Origin: Leptospiraceae bacterium
GTDB taxonomy: Bacteria; Spirochaetota; Leptospiria; Leptospirales; Leptonemataceae
NCBI GenBank assembly: GCA_025059995.1
Contig: JANXCF010000005.1
Coordinates: forward strand, 124,006-188,005
DNA: 64,000 nt
Reading direction: 5' to 3'
The notes below the pieces were generated by a model. The model had not been told where the DNA came from. It worked only from the letters and a program-made list of their open reading frames with translations, and ran no database searches. This document shows, piece by piece, positions 1 to 8,760 of this stretch (its first letter is position 1; each line of letters starts with the position of its first letter). A program made the position numbers and the translations under genes.

Positions 1-1
1 T

Positions 2-787
2 GTTTCGCGTACTTATCTTGTAGAAGATTTGTCTTATCGAAGTTTTATCGCAGGAGTGGATATTTTACTTCTTACAGCTCAAAACCAAAACGTTGATAAG
101 ATTTATAAATTTTTTTTAGAGAAGTTGAAAAATAAAGAGCTCCCAAAAGAAAGGATTCAAGAGTCATTTCGAATGCAAATGGCGATGAAGCTTTCTTCTT
201 TTTTGTTTCCCATAGAGCTCTTGATGAATGAATACCAAATTCCAAACGATTTATTAGAAAAATACAAGCAACTTTTTGAATTTAAAAATCAGATTTCTCA
301 AAAAATCTATGAGAGAATACAAAAAAGATTCCCCAACATTGAATATCAGATTTCATACGAAGGGATACGTTCTTTGTATAAAAATTTTCCCAAGCTTGAT
401 TTGGATTCTTCAAGAGTTTTTGTTTTTTATCAAAAACAAACCAATTACGAAGAATGGAAAATGATCCAAAATCAAACCCCCGAAGTTATATTTTGGCTTG
501 CTCCCTTTAATGAGTTCGAAATGTGGAAATACATCTTCGAAGAAGATGATTACGTTATCGTAGAAATCAAAAATTCAAACGAATGGAACGAAATCTCGCA
601 GCAGGACCTAATATACAGAAAGCTTATTGGTTATTTTGATGGAGTGCCCTTTCAACCTTTTTTCATAAAAGAAAATCAATATATCATAGCTTCGTTTTCT
701 CCCACTATCACATCCAACAAAGCCATGATTAGAAAAATCATGAATGACTCTATCCCAAAGGCAAGATTAAAATTAGCTCAAGAATAA
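2..787 (+). CDS. hypothetical protein, probably 5'-truncated by the window edge
   Basis: The frame of ORF 29..787 stays open back to base 2, so the listed TTG start may be internal. No motif recognised. Stop TAA at 785-787. Confidence 0.5.
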   Translation, partial: VSRTYLVEDLSYRSFIAGVDILLLTAQNQNVDKIYKFFLEKLKNKELPKERIQESFRMQMAMKLSSFLFPIELLMNEYQIPNDLLEKYKQLFEFKNQISQKIYERIQKRFPNIEYQISYEGIRSLYKNFPKLDLDSSRVFVFYQKQTNYEEWKMIQNQTPEVIFWLAPFNEFEMWKYIFEEDDYVIVEIKNSNEWNEISQQDLIYRKLIGYFDGVPFQPFFIKENQYIIASFSPTITSNKAMIRKIMNDSIPKARLKLAQE

Positions 788-847
788 GTATTTCAAACAC
801 ATAAAAAACCTATTGACAACTCAAAAAAAAGGAATTATTTTTAAGTT

Positions 848-1651
848 GTGAAGTTCGTACAACATTTTATCGTTGGTATTTTATTTGCGGGTTCGTTGGC
901 ATTAGTGGGGTATTTCACAATCGTTTCTGATAGCGGACCTTTTGCACGACGTGGAAAGCAAATTGTTGTTTATTTTGATCAAGCAGAAGGAATCAAGAAT
1001 GGCTCAAAAGTCACAGTGTTAGGAGTTCCTGCTGGAACAGTAGTAGATATGGATTTGGTTTCTGTGGATGAAAATGATATCCCTGTTCCTGATACTTCTC
1101 CTAAAAGGGTTCGTCAACGCGTTGCTGTGGCGATAGAACTAAAAAAAGAAGTAGTGTTTTATGATAACTATCAAATTTCTCTCAAAAATGAGTCTATTCT
1201 ATCAGGAAAGATTGTAGCCATTGACCCAGGTGGATCAGATTTGAAAAATCACAGACGTTTGAATGTAACTTGGTATAACTCTTTGGATATTGAGAGGCTT
1301 GGGAAAAGCGCTATCAAAATGAACATAAACGATATCCAAGAAAAGAAAGCAACGGTGATTCTATCAGGCATTAATGCAGGAGATCCCATTGCAGGCTTAT
1401 CAGAATTGATCGCAGAAAATCGCCATAATGTGAGAAGAACCTTACAAAACATAGCCGAAATCACAGATAAAATCAATCAAGGAAAAGGAACCGTAGGACA
1501 ACTGATTAATGATAGCAAATTATATGATGATGCGAATACTTTAATTTCTAACGCAAAAATAACAGTAAGAGAAATGAGGGAAAATTTAGAAGATACTCGT
1601 GAACAAGCTCCTGTGACAAACTTCATTCGAATTTTACTCACTTCGTTTTAG
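848..1651 (+). CDS. MlaD/Mce-family (MCE domain) membrane-anchored lipid-transport protein
   Basis: GTG start. N-terminal TM helix FIVGILFAGSLALVGYFTI. MCE-like core VVYFDQAEGIKNGSKVTVLGVPAGTVVDMDL. C-terminal GKGTVGQLINDSKLYDD segment typical of MlaD-like proteins. Confidence 0.7.
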   Translation: MKFVQHFIVGILFAGSLALVGYFTIVSDSGPFARRGKQIVVYFDQAEGIKNGSKVTVLGVPAGTVVDMDLVSVDENDIPVPDTSPKRVRQRVAVAIELKKEVVFYDNYQISLKNESILSGKIVAIDPGGSDLKNHRRLNVTWYNSLDIERLGKSAIKMNINDIQEKKATVILSGINAGDPIAGLSELIAENRHNVRRTLQNIAEITDKINQGKGTVGQLINDSKLYDDANTLISNAKITVREMRENLEDTREQAPVTNFIRILLTSF

Positions 1652-1707
1652 ACAGTATTTTAAAAAAATATTTGACGACTTCATTTGTAGAAAAAAATCA
1701 ATCCAAA

Positions 1708-1780
1708 GCTCCGGTAGCTCAGGGGATAGAGTGGTGGACTTCGAATCCAGCGGTCGCAGGTTCGAATCCTGCCCGGAGCG
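1708..1780 (+). tRNA. tRNA-Arg (anticodon TCG)
   Basis: Hand-folded cloverleaf. Acceptor GCTCCGG/CCGGAGC, D arm GCTC-AGGGGATA-GAGT, anticodon arm GTGGA-CTTCGAA-TCCAG (one G:G mismatch at 27:43). Variable loop CGGTC, T arm GCAGG-TTCGAAT-CCTGC, discriminator G. CCA not encoded. Confidence 0.85.
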
Positions 1781-1904
1781 ATCTTGATCAAACTTCGTAA
1801 ACTTCGCTTAAATCAATCCTACATTTCTAACCTAAAACTCTATTAAATTTTATTGCTCGGTTTTGAGTATAAAATTTTGTTTATTTAAAAATGTGGAGGT
1901 AATC

Positions 1905-2390
1905 ATGGCGTTAGAAATTTATAGTCCTTCTTTTTCTCATGGTCAGCTTATACCAGAAGAATTTACTTGTGATGGGGCAGATATTTCTCCTCCCATTGGA
2001 TGGAAGCAAATTCCCAAAGAAACAAAATCTTTAGCTCTCATTATGGATGATCCGGATGCACCCGTGGGTTTATGGGTGCATTGGGTAGTTTACAATATTC
2101 CACCTTTGATAGATTCATTACCTCAAAACGTCTCAAAAAAAGGAGTTGTTGAAATACAAGGACACAAAATCACCCAAGGGAAAAATAGTTGGAATCGTAT
2201 TGGTTATGGAGGTCCTTGCCCACCTGATAAAGAACATCGGTATTTCTTTAAAATTTATGCTTTGAGTCAAGAAACAAATTTTCCCACAGGTCTTACAGCA
2301 AAGGAATTAGAACAAAAAATTTCTTCGATCATTCTTGAGAAAGCTGAACTCATGGGAAGGTATGATTTAAAAAAACGGAGAAAACGATAA
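1905..2390 (+). CDS. YbhB/YbcL-family PEBP (Raf kinase inhibitor-like) protein
   Basis: Motifs IMDDPDAP, HWVVYNIP and GYGGPCPPDKEHRYFFKIYAL. ATG at 1905 is preceded by GGAGG at 1896-1900, so it is preferred over the TTG at 1863. Confidence 0.85.
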   Translation: MALEIYSPSFSHGQLIPEEFTCDGADISPPIGWKQIPKETKSLALIMDDPDAPVGLWVHWVVYNIPPLIDSLPQNVSKKGVVEIQGHKITQGKNSWNRIGYGGPCPPDKEHRYFFKIYALSQETNFPTGLTAKELEQKISSIILEKAELMGRYDLKKRRKR

Positions 2391-3395
2391 ATGCAGTCTA
2401 TTACCCAAGACAAAACACAAAAAACAAAAATCATAATTGAAGAATTTCAGAGAAGCTACTTTCAGCAGATTCAAGAATTACAAAACAATATTCAAAATAT
2501 TGATTTAGATTCCATTATTCAAGCAGTAGAATTGATACTTTTTTGTGAAGGAAAGTTAGCTTGTTCTGGTATGGGGAAATCAGGTTTGATTGCTCAAAAG
2601 CTTGCGGCAACTTTTTCTTCTTTGGGAACCCCTTCGTTTTTTCTTCATCCTGGCGAAGCTCTCCATGGAGATTTAGGTGTATTACAGAAGAATGATTTAG
2701 TTTTGGTGATTGCCAAGAGTGGAGAGTCCGAAGAAGTCATTCAAATGATGCAAATCATCAAAAAAATGGGAAATCCCATCATCTCTATATTAGGAAATGT
2801 TCGTTCTCGAGCTGCGAAATTGTCGGATGTTGTGATTAATGCCTATGTTCGAAAAGAAGCTGATCCTCTGAATCTAGCCCCTACATCTTCTACCACAGTT
2901 TCCCTTGTGATTGGGGATTCATTGGCTTCAACAGTGGCAAAACTAAAAAACTTCAAACCGGAGAATTTTGCCTTTTATCATCCCGCTGGACAATTAGGAA
3001 AACGTTTGCTTTTGAATGTGGAGGACTTGCTCATTTTGGATCAAGGCTCACCTGTGATAACTTACAATGCCTCAATCCAAGATTTACTCGTAACAATTAC
3101 AAAGCCGAATTTGGGTGGGGCTATTATCGTAGATGAACAGAACAAAGTGATTGGAATTGTCACAGATGGTGATATTCGAAGAGCAATCATGAAGTTTGGA
3201 AATATCTTGAATTGTAGTATTGAGCAAATCATGACGAGAAACCCCATTTGCGTGAAAAAAGGAACCAAAGCCATTGATGCTCTACACATGATGGAGGATC
3301 GACCATCCCAAATTAGTGTTCTACCAGTGGTCGATGAGGATGACCGTCCCATTGGATTGCTACGGCTTCATGATATCGTGAAGGCGGGTTTATAG
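2391..3395 (+). CDS. kdsD: KpsF/GutQ-family arabinose-5-phosphate isomerase (SIS domain + CBS pair)
   Basis: SIS motif GMGKSGLIAQKLAATFSSLGTPSFFLHPGEALHGDLG, then two CBS-like repeats (IGIVTDGDIRR, IGLLRLHDIVKAG). ATG directly abuts the upstream stop. Confidence 0.85.
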   Translation: MQSITQDKTQKTKIIIEEFQRSYFQQIQELQNNIQNIDLDSIIQAVELILFCEGKLACSGMGKSGLIAQKLAATFSSLGTPSFFLHPGEALHGDLGVLQKNDLVLVIAKSGESEEVIQMMQIIKKMGNPIISILGNVRSRAAKLSDVVINAYVRKEADPLNLAPTSSTTVSLVIGDSLASTVAKLKNFKPENFAFYHPAGQLGKRLLLNVEDLLILDQGSPVITYNASIQDLLVTITKPNLGGAIIVDEQNKVIGIVTDGDIRRAIMKFGNILNCSIEQIMTRNPICVKKGTKAIDALHMMEDRPSQISVLPVVDEDDRPIGLLRLHDIVKAGL

Positions 3396-3426
3396 AGCTT
3401 GATTCCAGTAATTCCAGTGTTTCTAG

Positions 3427-4452
3427 TTATTTCCAGGGATGATATTTTCGGTATTCTTCTTTGAGTTTTGCTTTGCTTATCTTTGTGTAGATTTGCGTTG
3501 TAGTTAACTTCGCATGTCCTAACATTTCTTGTAGAGAACGAATGTCAAGTCCTTCGTTTAATAAATCCGTGGCAAAAGTATGACGGAATTTATGGGGATA
3601 GATTTTTGTTTGAAGTAGTTTTTGATACCTTTCGAATCGGAATCGAACTCCCCGATCCGTAAGGGGATTTCCTTTTTGGTTTATAAAAAGTTTTTGGGTT
3701 TTGGGCTTTAGGATATCCCGGTTCTGTAAATATTCTGAAAGAGCTGTTTTTGCATAACTTCCTACAAAAATATATCTTTGCTGATTTCTTTTTCCCGTGA
3801 TTAAGATTTCCTCTTGGACTTCGAGAGAATTGTTCTGTTTGTTATTTTTCTTTATAACTTGATGAACCTCCAAAGAAAGTAATTCGTGGATTCTCATCCC
3901 TGAGGAGTAGAGTAGCTCAATTAGAGCTCTATCACGAAGAAATATTGTTTTTTTGATTGGGTCTTTTTCTGTTTTGATTTTTTGATTGATATAATCAAAC
4001 AGAAAAGATAGTTCTTGAGGCTTTAATGCTTCTGGGAGTTGTGATTTTATTTTGGGAAGTGTCAGAGAAACTGGATTTTTCGAGATCAAATTTTGATTTT
4101 TCAAAAAACGATAAAAAGCCTTAATCGATGCAATCTTTCGTCTTTGGGTTTTTGATGAGATTTTTTTAGCTGTTTTTGATTTATCAAGATTGATTCCAAC
4201 TAATTCAAAAAAATAGTCTCGAATATCGTTTGTTTCGACTTTCAAAAACGAAATTCCTTTTTGCTGAATAGCTAAAAGAAATTCAATTGTATCTGAAAGA
4301 TAAGCTCTGATTGTATGTTTGGAGGCATTTTTTTGAATAACTAAGTATTGATAGAATTGATAAAGTATTTCAATTTCTTGATCAGATAAAACTTCCCATT
4401 TATTCGTTAAGTGGAATTCTTTTTGTATATGAATGAACTTTTTCATTAGCAT
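3427..4452 (-). CDS. XerC/XerD-type tyrosine recombinase
   Basis: N-terminal SAM-like core-binding region (TIRAYLSDTIEFL). Catalytic signature SGMRIHELLSL ... HKFRHTFATDLL ... LGHAKLTTTQIYTKIS (R, HxxR, H, Y). Carries a Lys/Asn-rich insertion (KKNNKQNNSLEVQEE). Confidence 0.8.
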   Translation of the reverse strand: MLMKKFIHIQKEFHLTNKWEVLSDQEIEILYQFYQYLVIQKNASKHTIRAYLSDTIEFLLAIQQKGISFLKVETNDIRDYFFELVGINLDKSKTAKKISSKTQRRKIASIKAFYRFLKNQNLISKNPVSLTLPKIKSQLPEALKPQELSFLFDYINQKIKTEKDPIKKTIFLRDRALIELLYSSGMRIHELLSLEVHQVIKKNNKQNNSLEVQEEILITGKRNQQRYIFVGSYAKTALSEYLQNRDILKPKTQKLFINQKGNPLTDRGVRFRFERYQKLLQTKIYPHKFRHTFATDLLNEGLDIRSLQEMLGHAKLTTTQIYTKISKAKLKEEYRKYHPWK

Positions 4453-4577
4453 TAGCTTAATGAATCATCGTCATTGTGAATTTTAATTTTGAGTTGAAGT
4501 TATGCAATTGCATCCTAAAACCAGTTTTGTTTACTGTGATAAAAAGCTTATCTTTTATACAAGTATGTAATCTTTTT

Positions 4578-4621
4578 AGAAAATTATTTTATTTCAATCA
4601 GAAAATTATTTTATTTCGATT
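4578..4621. repeat. tandem 22-bp direct repeat (2 copies, 20/22 identical) upstream of the cyclase gene
   Basis: AGAAAATTATTTTATTTCAATC at 4578-4599 and AGAAAATTATTTTATTTCGATT at 4600-4621. Ends 24 nt before the ATG at 4646. Confidence 0.9.
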
Positions 4622-4645
4622 AGACAAAAAATATGTGGTTCTGAA

Positions 4646-6382
4646 ATGAATAAATATCAGTCTTTAAAAAGGAAGATTCTTTGGCTTTTGATACGGAATT
4701 TATTCATAATACAGCCTATAATATTTGGTTTATTGTTTGTAGTTCTAGGTTTCTATGCCTTTTTTCTCGATCGAAATGAATTAAAGAAAGATGTAGAAAT
4801 TGTAGAAAATGTCTTCAAAAAGAACTTGAATGAAAAAGCTATGTTTTATGTGAATTGGATTGATTACGAAAGCCCCATTTTATACATGTCGGGGAAATAT
4901 CCTGATTATGTTGTTAAGGAGATTGGTTCTTCAATTTACTACATGGATTTAGATTTTTTTGTTTCAGTTTATCCTAATGGAAAAGTAAAAGAACTTTTTT
5001 ATTTTGAAAATTTTAAAATAGCACAACCCCCCAAAGAATTAGTAGATGTAATTTCTTCAATGAAAATTCCTTACATTAGAAAACGTGAGGATTATCAATA
5101 TGGATTACTTCGAGTTCGGGATGATATCTATATCATTAGCATGGTAGGAAGTCTATGGTTTGGGGATGGATACAAAAATTCTTATGGAACCTTTATTTTC
5201 GGTCAAAATATTAAAAAGTTTTTAGAAAAATATATTAATCATCCAAAATGGGATGTCGAAGTAAAATTAACTTTAGAAAATAAATATAAAATTTCAGAAC
5301 GGAAAAGTTATTCGCTTATCTCTCCATTGTATCAAGAAGGCAAGTTCTTGTTAAAAAGTTGGGATGGCCATCCGATTGGGTATATTGTTCTCAAGCGGTT
5401 TAATTTTTTTATCAATTTTTTTCTTTGGGGTAGTTTGGTTTTTATGATTATTGGTGGAGCAGGTGTTTTGTTTACTTTTTTTCTTTTACAGCGAACATTG
5501 GATCAAGCTTTAGTTTTTCGACTCAGAAAATTTAATGAAGAAATCAAAAAAATCAAATCAAACTTAGATGAAATTAGATTTTTACCCTTAGAGGACGAAG
5601 AAAAAGACGAAATTTATCAACTAAAAAGTGAGTTTAATGAATTACTTAACAATATAGTAGAATATAATTCAATTCATTATACGATGATTGAAATGCTAAA
5701 GTTAGAAGAAGAAAGATCAAAGAAACTCTTAGAAAATATTTTACCTAAAAAGATTATTTCCATTATTGATTATGGTAAACAAAATTTAATTGCAGAAGAA
5801 TACCCAGAAGCTACCATCTTCTTTTGTGATATTGTGAATTATACCAAGTTAAGCAAAAAACTAACAGCTGAAGAGTTGGTGCGTTATTTGAATGATTTTT
5901 ATACAGAATTTGATTTAATTTTAGAAAAATACAAAGTAGAAAAGATTAAAACGATAGGTGATTGTTACATGGCAGCAACGGGTTTACCTGATTATGATGA
6001 AAAACACATTGATAATATGATATACTTCGCTATTGAAGTTTTAGAAATCACAGAAAGATTCTCAAAGAAAAATAACATTGATTTAAAAGTAAGAATCGGA
6101 ATTCATAGCGGTAAAGTAATTGGAGGTGTGATTGGATTAAAAAAATACATATTTGATATTTGGGGGGAGGTAGTTAATATTGCGAGTAGATTAGAAAGTT
6201 ATGGTGTAGAAAACCATATCCAACTATCACAATTTTCTTATGAATTAATTAAAGATCCGATATTAAAATCCTTGTTTCATAAAAGAGGTAAAATCATAAT
6301 AAAAAAAGAATTGGAAATCATTACCTATCTAAGTAAATCTTTACATGAAATTAATTCAGTTTTTGAATCAAAAATAAGTTAA
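4646..6382 (+). CDS. membrane-bound class III adenylate cyclase with an extracytoplasmic sensor region
   Basis: Two TM segments flank a region of roughly 230 aa, followed by a coiled coil. Cyclase domain has ATIFFCDIVNYTKLS, KIKTIGDCYMAATGLP and YIFDIWGEVVNIASRLES. The Lys/Asp specificity pair argues for ATP rather than GTP. Confidence 0.85.
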   Translation: MNKYQSLKRKILWLLIRNLFIIQPIIFGLLFVVLGFYAFFLDRNELKKDVEIVENVFKKNLNEKAMFYVNWIDYESPILYMSGKYPDYVVKEIGSSIYYMDLDFFVSVYPNGKVKELFYFENFKIAQPPKELVDVISSMKIPYIRKREDYQYGLLRVRDDIYIISMVGSLWFGDGYKNSYGTFIFGQNIKKFLEKYINHPKWDVEVKLTLENKYKISERKSYSLISPLYQEGKFLLKSWDGHPIGYIVLKRFNFFINFFLWGSLVFMIIGGAGVLFTFFLLQRTLDQALVFRLRKFNEEIKKIKSNLDEIRFLPLEDEEKDEIYQLKSEFNELLNNIVEYNSIHYTMIEMLKLEEERSKKLLENILPKKIISIIDYGKQNLIAEEYPEATIFFCDIVNYTKLSKKLTAEELVRYLNDFYTEFDLILEKYKVEKIKTIGDCYMAATGLPDYDEKHIDNMIYFAIEVLEITERFSKKNNIDLKVRIGIHSGKVIGGVIGLKKYIFDIWGEVVNIASRLESYGVENHIQLSQFSYELIKDPILKSLFHKRGKIIIKKELEIITYLSKSLHEINSVFESKIS

Positions 6383-6407
6383 AAACTGGTATTTCTATAA
6401 AATTTGT

Positions 6408-7406
6408 TTATAAATTTTTTAAGATATTTTCAAAATATCCCAAAAAATTTCTCTGAACTTCTTTGGGTTCAAGGATGTAAACGAATCTTGCAAAAGGAAT
6501 GAAGGTTTCTATTACACTTGAAGGATAAATTGTTCTTATTCTTCCCATCTTCCATTCTCGTTCGTTGATTGTTTGAGCTTTATCTAAAATCTCAAAGTTC
6601 CATTGGTTTGAAAGGTTTAGTTCAACTATTGGATCATAAAGAAAAATAATTTCCATGACTGCTTCAGAGTCGATTTTTTGAAGGATTTCTTGAACTTTAC
6701 TTTCTAACAGTTGGTAGTCAATTGAAATTTTCATTTGGGTCTTTAATTGATTTTTTTGGGGATCAAACTTAACAATTCGATCCAATCGATAAAGTTTTAT
6801 GTCCTCTGTAGAAAATTTGTAATCAATTCCTACTATATATTTTATATTTTGATACGAAGTGGTATCTATAGGAATGATTTTTTTCAATTCAACGTGAGTA
6901 GATGCTGGTTTTTTGTAATAAAATTCGACGATTTTCTTTAAGCTATCTGGTAGCTCTGATTGAATGGCTTTTTTATTGAATGCTACGATTTCAGAAAGTT
7001 TTTCTTCCAGTTCTTCAATACGATAGCGATCGATGAATTTGATGGGGTAAATTTTCAAAATTTTTCTTAATAGATTTTCGTTTGATATGAAATTAGCAAT
7101 TATCTCGAAATCTTCCATGGTGAGCGGTAAGCGTAAATTCGAGAAAAATTTAACAGGAACATTAAATATTAATTTCATTCCATTTTTTGAAGTATAAAAG
7201 TCAATGTTGTAGTGATAATCTTCTAAAAAGTCATTGAGTTGACTAATGAAGTTTTCTATTTCATTTTTATTTTTCGTGGCTAGAATTTCTTTTAGTTTTT
7301 TTACACTGATGCTTGGTTTTTTATTTTTTGATTCCTTTCTTTTTAAAATTTCTATTACGACTGCTAATGCTGATAAGTACTTTATTATGTTTTTTTTACT
7401 TGCCAT
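6408..7406 (-). CDS. WYL-domain transcriptional regulator-like protein (second gene of the pair)
   Basis: WYL-type core IIPIDTTSYQNIKYIVGIDYKFSTEDIKLYRLDRIVKF. C-terminal FARFVYILEPKEVQRNF resembles the WCX end of PafB/PafC/BrxR-type proteins. Start overlaps the upstream gene by 11 nt. Confidence 0.6.
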   Translation of the reverse strand: MASKKNIIKYLSALAVVIEILKRKESKNKKPSISVKKLKEILATKNKNEIENFISQLNDFLEDYHYNIDFYTSKNGMKLIFNVPVKFFSNLRLPLTMEDFEIIANFISNENLLRKILKIYPIKFIDRYRIEELEEKLSEIVAFNKKAIQSELPDSLKKIVEFYYKKPASTHVELKKIIPIDTTSYQNIKYIVGIDYKFSTEDIKLYRLDRIVKFDPQKNQLKTQMKISIDYQLLESKVQEILQKIDSEAVMEIIFLYDPIVELNLSNQWNFEILDKAQTINEREWKMGRIRTIYPSSVIETFIPFARFVYILEPKEVQRNFLGYFENILKNL

Positions 7407-8562
7407 AAGAACTTAACTCTCTTTCTAAAGAATTGTAAAATTCTATTGTTTCTTCTAAATATTTTTTATAGCTATCGAAAATATCAGATTGTTCTATGTT
7501 TACTACCATATCTGGATATTTTGATATAAATCGAAAAAAACCTTCAGTATTAAATATTTTTACATCCATCGTTATTGTTTTTTCTTTTTCGCTTTTACCT
7601 ATAATCCTATATGTTGGATAATTGTAGTTCGGAAAAGTAAATGGTAATGTGATTTGATCTAAAAACAAATCTTTATAGTAGCTTTTTATAGTAATCTTGA
7701 TTCTCATGGGATTCTTCTCATTGCTAATAAAAAAAGGGTGTGGAAGGTTTCTATAAATATCTCTAATAGGAACAAAAATTTTATTAGATGTATTAGGTTC
7801 ATTTGGATCACCAACAATTTCGACTTTTAAATAAGAGGGATTAGATATTGCTTCATATGATAAAATGTTTGAATAAATAAAATTTCGAATTTCACTTTTT
7901 TCATAATCCCAAGATATCAGGTAAAAAATTCTTAGATTCTTATAAATTATCAAGGGATATATTACTCTACTTATAATATCCCCATTTTTTTTACGATATA
8001 TTATTTTTATGGGTTTTTTTCTTGAGATTAATCTGAACAATTCTATTAGAGGTGTTGTATTGTGATTGTTATGATTTGATTTTGTAAGAAGCCGAAGTTG
8101 ATTAAGGTCTGACTCATTATAATTCTTGATAATCTTAAGCAGCTTTTTTATGAACCTCAATTCTGAGAAAAATAACTTGTAATACAAAGAAATCAGTTTG
8201 TCTCTGTATGCTTTATTGTTAGTGTTTTGGATTTGATACAATATCCCTTTTGCTATTTTCTTTTTTTCCCCTTCATTTAAGACAAGATCTTCTGATTTAA
8301 TTTTTTTACTTAGGTTGAGATTTACGTCAATTCCTAATTCCTGAAGAAAATCCCTATCTCGTTTAAATTGTTTTAAAATAGTTTTCTTCTTTTTTTTATC
8401 TTGACCATAGATTTTTTTTAACTCTCTTAATTTATTTCCTTCTTTATCATTGATTATTTTTTTCACTGAACTGAAGTATTCTATTAGTTCCAAAGTTCTT
8501 TGAAGATTGTTTTGCCTTTCCTTATCATCATTATTACTTCTTTTACTTTTACTTATAGACAT
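7396..8562 (-). CDS. HTH-WYL-domain transcriptional regulator-like protein (first gene of the pair)
   Basis: N-terminal HTH-like LRELKKIYG...TILKQFKRDRDFLQELGIDV (DeoR/HTH_11-style RD..L...G). WYL core IKIIYRKKNGDIISRVIYPLIIYKNLRIFYLISWDYEKSEIRNFIYSNI. Long C-terminal domain. Confidence 0.6.
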   Translation of the reverse strand: MSISKSKRSNNDDKERQNNLQRTLELIEYFSSVKKIINDKEGNKLRELKKIYGQDKKKKKTILKQFKRDRDFLQELGIDVNLNLSKKIKSEDLVLNEGEKKKIAKGILYQIQNTNNKAYRDKLISLYYKLFFSELRFIKKLLKIIKNYNESDLNQLRLLTKSNHNNHNTTPLIELFRLISRKKPIKIIYRKKNGDIISRVIYPLIIYKNLRIFYLISWDYEKSEIRNFIYSNILSYEAISNPSYLKVEIVGDPNEPNTSNKIFVPIRDIYRNLPHPFFISNEKNPMRIKITIKSYYKDLFLDQITLPFTFPNYNYPTYRIIGKSEKEKTITMDVKIFNTEGFFRFISKYPDMVVNIEQSDIFDSYKKYLEETIEFYNSLERELSSYGK

Positions 8563-8695
8563 ACAAAAACTCCTTTAATAAATTTAAATTTTATGTCAAC
8601 TTTTCCCAGAAAAATATATCAGAAAAATTATAGTAAAAAATCTTAATCAATTTTTTCTTATGAGTGAACTAAATTGGAAAAATCGACTTTTGTAT

Positions 8696-8723
8696 TTGAC
8701 AATATTTTTTATAAATTTATCAT
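8696..8723 (+). promoter_or_regulatory. putative sigma70-type promoter of the porin gene
   Basis: TTGACA (8696-8701), 16-nt spacer, TATCAT (8718-8723). GGAGGAG Shine-Dalgarno lies just before the ATG at 8761. Consensus match only. Confidence 0.3.
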
Positions 8724-8760
8724 AGTAGCAATAATGAATCATAATCATTAGGAGGAGAGA

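Noticed and set aside
1708-4452. tRNA-Arg followed 1.6 kb later by a tyrosine recombinase: possible integrated genomic island.
   Set aside because: The intervening genes are housekeeping (PEBP, kdsD). The recombinase has the Xer-type N-terminal domain and conserved XerC/D catalytic blocks. I saw no repeat of the tRNA 3' end downstream. It is more likely the chromosomal dimer-resolution recombinase.
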